Below are positions 25,937 through 36,770 of a stretch of DNA of 64,000 bases, piece by piece. A program made the translations under genes and the position numbers. Origin of the DNA: Minutocellus sp. GHC0000111. Lineage: Eukaryota. How positions within the stretch are numbered: the first letter of the stretch is position 1; every line of letters starts with the position of its first letter. The notes under the pieces were generated by a model. It made no database searches, was not told the origin of the DNA, and saw only the letters and a list, made by a program, of their open reading frames with translations. The stretch lies in the NCBI GenBank assembly GCA_977018835.1, contig OZ361261.1, forward strand, positions 124,001-188,000, given 5' to 3'.

Positions 25937-27274
25937 GCCACTACGCTTGGTGCGGTAATGTTTCTTTGCTCGCTGTTTGTAATGGGCGTCCTTTTCTTCT
26001 CGGAAACCTATTCCTTTGCCAAGACCAGCTTGGGCACCGAAATCGCTCTCGACGATAATGCACAACCACAGATACGGCTCAATTTCAATATAACGTTGCT
26101 GGACTTGCATTGCGATTACGTATCCGTCGACGTCTGGGACGCCCTGGGGACGAATCGGCAGAACGTCACCAAGAACATTGAGAAGTGGCAGCTCGATGAG
26201 ACTGGGCAGAGGCGGATCTTCTCGGGCCGCAACCGCGATGTTCGGGAGGTCCTTCACGAGGAGCATGAGGAATCATTGGAAGAGCTGCACGAGGATGGCG
26301 TTCATGCGGTTGAGCTGACCAAGGAGAATTTCCAGAGCTTCCTCGACGAGCACGAGATGGCGTTTATCGATCTGTATGCTCCGTGGTGCGTTTGGTGCCA
26401 ACGTCTCCACCCGACGTGGGAAAAGTTTGCCGAGGAGGTTGCGGAGGAGGAGATGCCCATCGGTGTTGGTAAGGTCGACTGCGTCCAGCAGGCCGAGCTT
26501 TGCCGAGAGCAGCGCGTCATGGCGTTCCCCACCCTTCGATGGTATTCGCAGGGCAAGCCCATATCTCCCGACTACAAGATGGACCGTACCGTGGCAGCAC
26601 TGACTGGATTTGCCAAGCGCAAGCTTGAAATGGACGAAAAGTTCAAGGACTGGGACAAGAAGGAGGCCGATCCGGAGAAGCGAGCCCGCTACCGCGAGCT
26701 GCATGCGCACAATCGGCCAGACCATCCCGGTTGCCAAGTCTCTGGACATTTGTACTTGAATCGAGTTCCTGGAAATTTCCACCTTGAGGCCAAGTCGAAG
26801 AATCACAACCTCAATGCTGCCATGACAAACCTTACGCATCGGGTCAATCACCTTTCGTTTGGTGCACCAGACTTCACCGCCAGTCGCAATATGAAACGTA
26901 TCCTCAAAACTCTGCCGGAAGAGCACCAGCAATTTAGTCCCATGGACGGAACTATGTATCACACATCCAAGTACCATCAGGCCTACCACCACTACATCAA
27001 GGTGGTGTCGACTCACTTGGATATGGCTGGCAACACCGAAACAGCATATCAATTCCTGGAGCAGTCGCAGATTGTGTATTACGACGAAGTGAATGTCCCC
27101 GAAGCGCGGTTCTCTTACGATCTCAGTCCCATGAGCGTCGTTGTCAAGAGAGAGGGACGGAAGTGGTACGACTATTTGACATCTCTCTGTGCTATTATTG
27201 GGGGTACCTTCACAACGCTCGGACTTATCGATGCGGTTCTTTACAAGGCTTTCAAGGCTGGCAAGGCAGATTAG
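25937..27274 (+). CDS. PDI-C-type protein: ERGIC/Erv41-Erv46 family with inserted thioredoxin domain; first exon not located
   Basis: NFNITL.DL.CDY.SVDV.D.LG (ERGIC_N), YAPWCVWC thioredoxin, GCQVSG.L.LNRVPGNFH, FSYDLSPM.V, TSLCAIIGGTFT. Confidence 0.88.
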   Translation, partial: ATTLGAVMFLCSLFVMGVLFFSETYSFAKTSLGTEIALDDNAQPQIRLNFNITLLDLHCDYVSVDVWDALGTNRQNVTKNIEKWQLDETGQRRIFSGRNRDVREVLHEEHEESLEELHEDGVHAVELTKENFQSFLDEHEMAFIDLYAPWCVWCQRLHPTWEKFAEEVAEEEMPIGVGKVDCVQQAELCREQRVMAFPTLRWYSQGKPISPDYKMDRTVAALTGFAKRKLEMDEKFKDWDKKEADPEKRARYRELHAHNRPDHPGCQVSGHLYLNRVPGNFHLEAKSKNHNLNAAMTNLTHRVNHLSFGAPDFTASRNMKRILKTLPEEHQQFSPMDGTMYHTSKYHQAYHHYIKVVSTHLDMAGNTETAYQFLEQSQIVYYDEVNVPEARFSYDLSPMSVVVKREGRKWYDYLTSLCAIIGGTFTTLGLIDAVLYKAFKAGKAD

Positions 27275-27346
27275 TCTAAATGCATTTTGCATAAGCTACA
27301 ATTGGATTTTAATTGATGTACTATCTCCTGCATGTACTTGTAACTT

Positions 27347-28135
27347 CTACGTAGTAATGGAGAGAAGGACAATACCGGCTATAGATCTACTTCTTGGGAA
27401 GTTGACTTTTGCCCATCCTGGCGCATCATCTGACGAAAGCCACTTCTCTTCCTCCGGTGTGGTTTCTCTCCCCTTCAAACCATTTCTGTGGGGGTACCGG
27501 CCAAACCGCTCGAGTACGGCAGTGTGCTGCAAAAGAAAGCCCTTCTTTTGTTCCCACGGCATACCCGGGCTCTGATTCATTCCAAAATTATCAATCAGAT
27601 CCAAGCAGAGGTGGTGATCGTCTATGTACTCGCTGTGCATGAGCGGTAAAGTTAGAACAGATACATAAGAACCATAAATCTCACTGTCTTCCGAGGGTGA
27701 ATAATCACTATCCAGAGCTTCTTTTGCCAAGTCTTTGGCAAGATCCAGAGCCACCCCGTCATACAGAAAGGCCTCCTCGGTTCCTCTGAACGAATTGCGA
27801 GATAGCTGAACGCATAGGATGATGCGCGCCATCCTTCCATTCACGGTCGCCCATTCCTCGCCAGTCAATTCATTTCTCCCTGCCATCCGGATGGTGTCGC
27901 TAAAGTTTCGACAGAGGGCATCGTATTCAGGATGCCCAGCATACCAAAAATTTGACATTTCTCCCTCAATGTTGGTCCCATCGCGAAGTAGGGCAGGTGC
28001 TTCGTTCGACGAACAGTCAACACCAAAATAGAATGATCTGATAGAAACCTGTGAGCAAGGACTGGCGATGGCGGAACGAATATAAGGCCGAGCTGCAAAC
28101 TCAGCCACAGCGGCAGAGGTCAATCCGAACGCCAT
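27347..28135 (-). CDS. DUF924 family protein
   Basis: QLSRNSFRGT.EAF.YD..AL, LPLMHSE, H..VLERFGRYPHRN...GRETTPEE. Confidence 0.85.
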   Translation of the reverse strand: MAFGLTSAAVAEFAARPYIRSAIASPCSQVSIRSFYFGVDCSSNEAPALLRDGTNIEGEMSNFWYAGHPEYDALCRNFSDTIRMAGRNELTGEEWATVNGRMARIILCVQLSRNSFRGTEEAFLYDGVALDLAKDLAKEALDSDYSPSEDSEIYGSYVSVLTLPLMHSEYIDDHHLCLDLIDNFGMNQSPGMPWEQKKGFLLQHTAVLERFGRYPHRNGLKGRETTPEEEKWLSSDDAPGWAKVNFPRSRSIAGIVLLSITT

Positions 28136-28511
28136 TTCATTTCTTCTGCTTCGGCATTCGGCAGATCGAGCCACGGGCGGAAGGGAGCGAGATCTTTCTA
28201 CTCTTCGCCGAAGCTTCGACTTCGCCGAGCGGCTCACAAGTTGTGGCGGTGTGGCATGACCGATGTCGGTCCTCCCCCCCCCCTCCACGGAACTAGTATC
28301 GGCGAGAGTAACTACATGTACATGACTGTATAAATCAATAGAGTCAAGGCAATTCACCGTACTCTTTTCGTCTTTCTCGATCTTACATGTATGATAATTT
28401 TCTACACAGACGTTTTACAGTATCAGATCGACATTACCAGGCGATGGGAAGTGAAGTACCGGTATGTAGATCTAATCGTGTATAGACTCTAAATCCGATC
28501 TCTATATAGAT

Positions 28512-30786
28512 CTAATCGACACGACAGATGCCATCCCAACAAGATGGGCCGGCAGCAGGGACGACACGGATGATGTTTGCCGCTCCCGGCGTACCGAAGG
28601 GAAGGCCCGCAGTCACAACAAGCAAGTCGTTCGGGTCATTCACAAGCCCTTTGGCCAAGGCTGCTCTACAGGCCTCTCTCAAAACCATATCAAAATCCTC
28701 TGATGCCTCTTCAACAACAGGAGAGCTAAGATCAAAGACCTGCTCCTCATCGACCTCCAGACCAAACGATCCAGTCTTTGGGAAATCTGGATAGACACCC
28801 CAGCTCATTACCAACTGCCGGGCTGTCTCCTTGAAAGGCGAGATCGCCAGAATCGGAACATCCGGCCTCTTTTTCGAGGCACGCAGAGCTGTAGTGCCAC
28901 CTAATGTGAAACAAACAATGGCCTTGGCGCCAATCGTATTTGCAATCTGCCTTGCCGCAACAATGATGGCATCTGTAGGAGTACTATCAGGGATTGGAGC
29001 CGACCCATTCATCATAGACTGATAATGACGATCGCTTTCAACTCGATTTATGATGCGTTGCTGCATAGCCACGCTCTCCTCAGGGTATTTTCCAGCCGCA
29101 CTCTCGGCACTCAACATGATGGCATCTGCTCCATCGTATATTGCCGTGGCAACATCGGAAGCCTCGGCGCGGGTAGGTGTCGGCGACTCAATCATCGACT
29201 CAAGCATCTTCGAAATTGACGAGGAATTTTTGCAGTTCATTGAGAAGTGAAAGGAAGGGTAACGTGATGAGTAAGCATAAGACGCACCCAATATTACCTA
29301 GGTATTCATTATGTTCATATCGGCAGTGAAAAGTACTCAGACTTACCTGTGTAGCAACGACGACGGGCTTGCCCTGAGAGCGGCATTCATCAATAATCTC
29401 CTTCTGCAACAGCGGGACATCTTCGGGAGCGCATTCAACACCAAGATCACCTCGGGCAACCATAATTCCATCGCACAGGGCTACAATCTTCTTCAAGGAA
29501 TCGCCCTCAAAACAACTTGGCTTTTCAATCTTTGCCATGACGTGAGGCCGGAATGCACCGGCCGGCAAGTTTTCATCAATCAGAGCATGGATTTCTTCAA
29601 TATCCTCCGGCCTCTGAACGAAGGACAGCGCCACCCAATCTACACCGATTTTCAACATGTACTCTAGATCGGATCGGTCTTTGGGAGTCAGAGGGCTAAT
29701 TTCAAGCACAGAATCGGGAGTGTTCACACCCTTTCGATTGCTAATCTTCCCTCCGACTTCAACAGTGCAATCAAGATATCCTTCGCCCTAACGTTGGATC
29801 ATGAACAGTAAACGCATTTCAAAGCAAACACAATTCAGCAAGTCAGTGAGAATCAATCAGAGGGTATCGCATAAGAGTGTGTCTAAAGTTAGCAGATCTT
29901 GGCGAGCCAGGATTTCGGCGATGCACATACAGATAGAAGAAGAAAAATAAGAAAACGCAGATTCCACGATGCACGAAACTTACCTTTCCCGACACCGACA
30001 GTTTCACCTTGCCATCGTCCAAGAGCAAAGTATGGCCGACTTCAGATGCCTCAATGATCTCAGGATGAGGAAGCATAACACGCTTATTGTCCCCCTTGGC
30101 CTCATCGAGATCGAGACGAAAGATTTGACCTTCTTCTAGCATCTCTCCAGTTTCCGAGGAAAACTCTCCGACCTTCATGAATGGACCAGGTGGTATTGAC
30201 ATTTATAAGAAGGATTAATCAAGGGAGTGAGAAAAGAAAATATGAGAAAAGGAAATTATCCTCACACATGTCATTCATCTCGTCCGTTTCTAGCAGCAAA
30301 TGATATCCTCACCCGCAGTTTTGGGCCTTGCAGGTCACCAAGGGCTGCAATCGGATGACTGTACTGCTCTTCGACCGATCGGATGGTGTCAAGAAGCTCT
30401 TTTTTCTGCTCCTGCGACCCATGCGAGAAATTGAGACGGAATATATCAGCACCCGCGAGGAACAGCTTTTCGATCATGGCCCGGTCAGATGAAGCGGGGC
30501 CAAGAGTAGCGAGTTGCTTGGTCGATTTACGCCAACGCTGGGCAATCTTGGGAGCAGATGCTACGCTCTTCTTCGTTGCACCCACAGCACCATTCGTTGC
30601 TCCCTCCATCTCTCCGACAGAGGTAGAGGACAGCACAATTGCATCTTCAGAAGAGGTAGGGATGCCGGAATATTTCTGCTGTTGAAGGGAACGGGGAACA
30701 AAGGCATCAACAGATTTGATGACCGACGACGAGTGGTCCGCAACCATCAAGCACGCGAGAGTCGATATGCCAACGAAAAGTCTCAT
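28512..30786 (-). CDS. PK: Pyruvate kinase, plastid-targeted; exons 30786-30313, 30172-29984, 29787-29347, 29207-28512
   Basis: TKQLATLGPAS, FRLNFSHG, DLQGPKLR, MAKIEKP, IMVARGDLGVE, ATQMLESM, MLSAESAAG. Signal peptide followed by DA-FVP. Three GT-AG introns. Confidence 0.95.
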
Positions 30787-32563
30787 CTTTCTTTGGAAAG
30801 GCAAAAATAAAAATATAGCGAGAGGATGCTGTACACCCAAAATATGTTCGGGGAGGTATTGTTTGGTCGCGAGGATTGATCTGTCAAGAAAGATCGATCA
30901 AGCAGCCACAGGACCGGCAAACGGATCTCTATTGAAGTTCAAATCAAGACGGCGATGTCAAAGTTCGCGCGTGCGTCGACAGTCGGCACGACGGCAGAAT
31001 GAAATCTTGCTCAAAATACGAAGTGCCGATAGAAGTTCTTTAATTACTCTCAGCAGTCGAAAACTGCCTACGGTTGCTCAGTTTGCTCAGCGCCGCCCGC
31101 CGCGGTCCATCCACACAGTACCCTCCTCCTGACTCTCCACGCAAAATTGCCTCCACGGAAAGGAGACTCGGAGGTAGATCTAGGTGTGCATGTCTGATTC
31201 ACGCTATTTCAGTTTCTTGACAGGATTCATACATGTTCTAATGCACCGGTACATGTAGTGAACTGCAGAATCGATTAAATTTAAGTCGATGTCAGTCAGA
31301 CGACGAAAAATTAATACATGTGTATAATAATCGTAATGCTGAAGAATGAAGAGCCATACTACATGTACATGTACCGGTAATCTGACCTTCACTTTCTTTC
31401 TCGTTGTTCATTTTGTAGCAGATAAAAATAAGAAGACACTTAATACATCTCGATTTTAAGTACACACAGATCCAGCAAAGACAATGCAGAGTGGCAGCAT
31501 GGCGGCTGTAGAAAAAATGTGGAAATGGAGCGAAAGCTCCAGTGTTGGAGCCCCGGTCACACAGCACTTATTATACACACCCAACATTGCCACAGACGCC
31601 AAGTAACTCTCGAGTCAAAAGCTTGATGTATATGAGACTTCCAAGGCCACATCAACGTATCCCACACCGCATCGTCACAATATCACTCATCTGGTTATTT
31701 TCCGCCATCGCCATCGGCCGCACCGCCACTGGCAGGCTTTGATTTTCCCTCCTTGTCATCCTTATCGAGATTGAGCTTTATGTTGTGTTGGTGATGGGAA
31801 ATGTCGAGCTGGCATAACAAACAGGTAGTGATAAGAGAGAAAAGGTCGGTGCGAGAAGTGGAGGTTGAGATAAGAGACGGAAATGCGTGGGGGCACACAT
31901 GACATACACGTCGATGCATTTGTGGGCACATTTTCCGAACCAGCATGGCAGCGCGCACTATTTTCATGTAGAAAGCTCAATATTCATTTCACTTCGATTC
32001 TTTAGCGGAAAATACCATTGAACGTCTGCCATTTTACATCCACCAAAACGTGGTTACCGGAAGCGGAGGGCGGAGGGCCCAGAAACCTCACAATATTTTG
32101 CCAGCACCGTCACGCACGTAGCACAAATGAAAAATTGAAAAGAAGAAGCTCCCGCCCGGCCTGACCAGTGAACTCACCATTCCATCCTCTTCAACATCGC
32201 TTTTCGATAAGCACGATCCTATGGTAATTTGTGGATTCTTGTAGTTTGTTGCCTCGGTGCGAGCGCCTACGAGTATCAGTGTCGTCAAATGCAAAACTTC
32301 CGAAATTTCTTCCGATTTTTGACTGGCAGCAGGGGACTTTCTTTGTGACACAGAAGAACCCCTCGTCAGCCCGACCTTCAACGACAGCGGTGACATCATG
32401 TCGAAAGAGGGAAGACCGTAGCAAAGATCCGTATTCCTCGGTGTACCAATACACGTACGGGTGCTAAGAACCGGGAGATCGACTCTACGTGTACCTAGGT
32501 ACCAGTGCAGTTACGTAGAGAGCAGAGTTACCGTTATAATATTCTTCTTGCTTTCATTTAGAT

Positions 32564-35194
32564 CTATTTGCGATCCTTTTTCTTGCTTTTCTTGCTTGAT
32601 TTTCCATCCTTGCTCTCCTTCTTCTTCTGTTTCTTTTCCTTCTGGTGTGCTTCAAGGTCCATCAAACTGTCCAAGACGGGCTTGAGCTCTTCGTACCGTT
32701 CCCGAGCCAAATCAAATCCCCGAGCTCTTAGTTCTTTTGCGGAAAGCTCGGCACTTGCATTTACAGTTGCGTTTCCACCATCAGTAGTAGCTTGCGCCAC
32801 CTTTACTACCTCAGAAGCCCAATACGTTGCAGTCCGAGAGTAGAAGTCAGCCATGGTCTCACCCATCTCCGGCGTCCGTTCCAAGTCGTCGAGACTGTAT
32901 TCCTCCCGAAGCCGATTGATCTTATCGCGAGTTTTCTCCTTCTTCTTTTTGCGCTTCTCTTTTCCATCTGCAGCAGCATCTCCATCCTCTCCGTCTTCCT
33001 CCGATATGGCTTCAGCAAGCATCCAGTCATTCTCGTCATCATCATCATCGCTCTCGTCAATTCCGGTCGAAATGTAACTCTCGTCATCTTCAACGACTCC
33101 CCGCCAAACCTGATTGTGCATTGATCCTGGCCAAATGCACAACCACTTCTCCCTCTTATTCAAATCGATCGACCAACAATCATCAAGAGTCACTTCTCTA
33201 TCACCGACCTCAAGCAGCCCACCATACACGTAGAGGTTAGAGCCTCGCACTACAACAGAGGCATGAATCCGGGGTAGAGGTGTCTCGCGAGCAACAGCCT
33301 CTGGGGCGCCGGAAGATGTGTTGATAGCCATTACCTCCGAGGTACCTACTGCTCCACGCGGCAAAAGCGTTTGCACAGTTTCGTCCTTTGTTGATTGCAC
33401 CCCCACTTTGGCCTCCGTTTCATCGACATCCATCTTTGATTTATTATTGGCATGGTCAGACGGTGTGGCATTGGAATTACTAGGAATGGCATCCTCACCC
33501 TCGTGGTCCTTCTCATCGCCTCGCTTCTTCTTATGCTCTCTACTGTCGCTCGATTCATTATCATCTGCATCTGCATCTGCGTCGGCATCGTCTTCAATTT
33601 TTTCATAGACGACATTGCCATCGCCGTCGATGAAAGCGAACATGTTTGCCCGGAGCATGTCTAGATCCCATCCAGAAGATGTGGCTTCCCCTTCGACACC
33701 AGAAGCCATATCGTCACCATCGTCTTCGCCACTATCATCTTCATTTTCCTTATCAATAGCGTCGGAACGGCTTAGATCGTCTTCTTCGGCACCGTTGTTA
33801 TCTTTTCGCTTGCGTCGTCTACCGCCTTGTGAGCTCTTCTTCAAGCCCATCTTGAACCAGCGTCTGCGGTCCATGTCAAATGCAAATAAGTCATCATAAA
33901 AGACGGACTTGATGGTGTGATGTTCTTGCTCGTCGTCGGCAACGCCACCAAACACAAGCATTCGAGATTTGTAAGGAATACACGAAGTGCCCGATCGAAT
34001 CGAAGGATACTCTCCACGACGGCTGACTCGATCCCAGGTCGGTGTCCTTCCACTGGCAATTCCTTTCAAATGCAATGCCCAGCAATCGTTGTGGATCTTG
34101 GCCTCTGATTTGGACCCAGGTGCTGGGTTCTTCAACTTTGAGTATCCACCGTACACGAAGGCAGTATCGCCCGACGGGCTTAGGCAAAAGTTGAATGCCG
34201 ACCTTGCCTCAGGAATGGTGGCTAATTTGGAATATTGCATCTCCGTCCAGGAGTTGGTTGAAAAGTCGTACACCCACAAGTCAGAGTACCAACGTGTTTC
34301 TCTCAGAGCTTCATAGAACCCACCGAACAGTATCATATAATGCCTCCATACGATGCAGCGATGTCCCGAGCGCGATGGAGGAGCGTGTCCACCACGCGGT
34401 GCTATCTCGGTCCAAAGGTTGGTCTTGATGTCGAATCGCCACATGTCTTTGTAGTGATGATACTTTTCGGCCGTAGCGAGCTCACCCCCAAACACATAGA
34501 TCGCATGGTTGTAGTACACGGCCGTGTGGGAGCATCGTGCTGGAGGGATGGGCGCGGGGCTCAAAATTTGCTTCCATACACCAGGATTTGGTTGGTTGGA
34601 TTTGTTGGACGAACCACTATCAGCACCTTTCTTAGCAGAAGCAGAACCTTCATCATCGCCAATGTCCATCAGCAAGACATCGTTGACAACGTCTCCTATG
34701 CCGCCGCCACCTCCTTTGCCAGTACGCGTATCTTCTTCGTCGTCATCATCTCCACCCTTGGCATCCGGATCCCATCGATAGAGAGTGTCAAATACCAAAT
34801 TCTCGGCACCATCATAAAACTCCCCACCGAAGAGATACAAGTCTCCCGAAGGAATTGCAGTCAATGTGAAGTTGCCTCGAGGCGGCGACGGAAACTTACT
34901 CCCCCCGCCCGGTCCACAATCGGTGGTGATCGCATCACCCTCACCCAGAACCTGTATCACGGGCGTTGTGAGCTCATTGTTGCGCTTCTTGTAGGAGTCG
35001 AGGATGGCATCGAGATCATCCAAATCATTATTGTTTCCACCGCCGCCGGCCTCACCGCCATCGGCTCGACCGCTCTCCTTCCGCTGTTCCTTGGCTAGCT
35101 TCTTTGCGGCCTTCTTATCCTGCTTCGCCTCCTTCTGGGCGCGCTGGAGCGCCTTCTTCTGGGGATCCTTCTTCTTCTTGTCTCTCTTGCCCAT
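32564..35194 (-). CDS. KLHDC4: Kelch domain-containing protein 4-like (Kelch repeats + DUF4110-like C-terminus)
   Basis: K-rich MGKRDKKKK start, LYLFGGEFYDG, YVFGGE, PPSRSGHR, ILFGGFY, E.GDREVTLDD, TP..GET.ADFY.RT..YW. Confidence 0.88.
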   Translation of the reverse strand: MGKRDKKKKDPQKKALQRAQKEAKQDKKAAKKLAKEQRKESGRADGGEAGGGGNNNDLDDLDAILDSYKKRNNELTTPVIQVLGEGDAITTDCGPGGGSKFPSPPRGNFTLTAIPSGDLYLFGGEFYDGAENLVFDTLYRWDPDAKGGDDDDEEDTRTGKGGGGGIGDVVNDVLLMDIGDDEGSASAKKGADSGSSNKSNQPNPGVWKQILSPAPIPPARCSHTAVYYNHAIYVFGGELATAEKYHHYKDMWRFDIKTNLWTEIAPRGGHAPPSRSGHRCIVWRHYMILFGGFYEALRETRWYSDLWVYDFSTNSWTEMQYSKLATIPEARSAFNFCLSPSGDTAFVYGGYSKLKNPAPGSKSEAKIHNDCWALHLKGIASGRTPTWDRVSRRGEYPSIRSGTSCIPYKSRMLVFGGVADDEQEHHTIKSVFYDDLFAFDMDRRRWFKMGLKKSSQGGRRRKRKDNNGAEEDDLSRSDAIDKENEDDSGEDDGDDMASGVEGEATSSGWDLDMLRANMFAFIDGDGNVVYEKIEDDADADADADDNESSDSREHKKKRGDEKDHEGEDAIPSNSNATPSDHANNKSKMDVDETEAKVGVQSTKDETVQTLLPRGAVGTSEVMAINTSSGAPEAVARETPLPRIHASVVVRGSNLYVYGGLLEVGDREVTLDDCWSIDLNKREKWLCIWPGSMHNQVWRGVVEDDESYISTGIDESDDDDDENDWMLAEAISEEDGEDGDAAADGKEKRKKKKEKTRDKINRLREEYSLDDLERTPEMGETMADFYSRTATYWASEVVKVAQATTDGGNATVNASAELSAKELRARGFDLARERYEELKPVLDSLMDLEAHQKEKKQKKKESKDGKSSKKSKKKDRK

Positions 35195-35424
35195 CGTAGA
35201 GTTACGTAGGCCTAGTTAGCTGATGATAAAATGGGAGGTGTGATGAGGCGCGGCGGACGGCGGACAGGTCGGTCGAGCACTCCTCAAAGAAATTTCTGGG
35301 TACCTTAGCCTCAACTCTAAAATAAAAGGAGTACTTATCATCAAGCAGCAAGCTGAGATTCCCCAATCGCATCCTATTGACTGAGGAACCGATACCTCCG
35401 TATCATTATTCTAAGAATAACAGT

Positions 35425-36594
35425 ATGACAGATGAAAACAAGAAGGCCCGTGTCGCCATTGTTGGATGCGGCGGGTGGTCACAGGGATGGCATCTTCCCA
35501 ACCTTGCCGCAAGAAATAATGACGCTGAGATTGTGGCACTTTGCGACAGAGAGGACACGCCTGGAGTTGGCGGTTGCGTCCCATCTCTCTGTGTGTCCAT
35601 GGACGAGCTCTGCGAAAAGTACAATGCGAAACGCTACAAGTCGGTGGAGGAACTCCTCGCAGACGATGACGAGCTCAAATTGGATGGAGTATTGGTGGCC
35701 GTCCCCCACGCCCACCACTCGTCAGTCGGCGGTGCAGTCCTAAAAGCTGGAAAGCACCTTCTCATGGAGAAGCCAATGTCGGCGGACGTCGACGATGCCA
35801 GGAATCTTTATGAGCTCGGCACCGCTAGGCCCAACCAGGCATTCCTTCTCAACAATACCGCCAATTGGCAACCTGGACTTATCGCAGCCTACGAAGCCGT
35901 GAAGAACGGAAAGATCGGTCAGCTGAAGCACATCTCCTGCGTCTTTGCTGCTCCTCTTGGTTGGCTTTTTGAGGGAGAGGACCACGGCTCGTGGAACAAG
36001 AAACACGGTACCATGGTGGGGAATGGATTTGCCTGGGGACAGTTTAGCCATACCTTTGCGTGGATATTCAAGGTCACAGGTCTTACGCCACGGCGAGTTT
36101 ACTGCGCCAGTACCCCGTCGGAGAAGACTGGAGCCGACCTATACGATGCTGTTGTTGTTACCTGCACCAATGGATGCACCATCAACGCGAGCGGTGTCGG
36201 ATCGTGCCCAGACAAGGGCTTCAAAATCATCGGCAACTGGCTATTCGGAACGAAGGGTATGATGAGCTACAACGGTCTTGCCGGCAGTGACAACGTCAAG
36301 ATCGACGAGGCAGGTGGGAGCAAGGGCGCAGATGGTGCTGCTGCGTCTCGCCTGGAGATCTGGACCAACGATGGTTCACATGAGGTCGGACCGCCAGTTC
36401 AGTTCGAACATTTGGATCAGGAGGGTACAGGCCCAGGTAGTCTGGACGCGTTCGTCCAGGCCTGCAGAGGTGAAGAGTACTTTGTTGGAGCCGGTGCCGT
36501 GGAAGGGCTGAAATCGGTCTGCACCATTGATGCGATGTATCGGAGTGCTCAGAGTGGCAAGGCCGAGGATGTTCGCGGATGTGATGATTTGTAG
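35425..36594 (+). CDS. Gfo/Idh/MocA-family NAD(P)-dependent oxidoreductase
   Basis: RVAIVGCGG Rossmann start, LDGVLVAVPH..H, AGKHLLMEKP. Confidence 0.9.
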   Translation: MTDENKKARVAIVGCGGWSQGWHLPNLAARNNDAEIVALCDREDTPGVGGCVPSLCVSMDELCEKYNAKRYKSVEELLADDDELKLDGVLVAVPHAHHSSVGGAVLKAGKHLLMEKPMSADVDDARNLYELGTARPNQAFLLNNTANWQPGLIAAYEAVKNGKIGQLKHISCVFAAPLGWLFEGEDHGSWNKKHGTMVGNGFAWGQFSHTFAWIFKVTGLTPRRVYCASTPSEKTGADLYDAVVVTCTNGCTINASGVGSCPDKGFKIIGNWLFGTKGMMSYNGLAGSDNVKIDEAGGSKGADGAAASRLEIWTNDGSHEVGPPVQFEHLDQEGTGPGSLDAFVQACRGEEYFVGAGAVEGLKSVCTIDAMYRSAQSGKAEDVRGCDDL

Positions 36595-36770
36595 ACAAAA
36601 GGAAAATTCGTACCTGTTTGCCAGTTGTTCTACTTCGATAAAAGCTTGATGTAAAATGTTATGATGCAGTTAGTTGGGTTAAATATTCACAGTTGTCTAT
36701 TTGATACATTTCTTCAAGAACCAGAGTACATTTGCACATTAATATTGACTCAGAATCAGATGTGTGGCTA

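Noticed and set aside
26273..27292. 339-aa minus-strand ORF (and similar shadows at 15323-16240 and 20310-21233)
   Set aside because: Antisense to well-supported genes; expected from codon bias.
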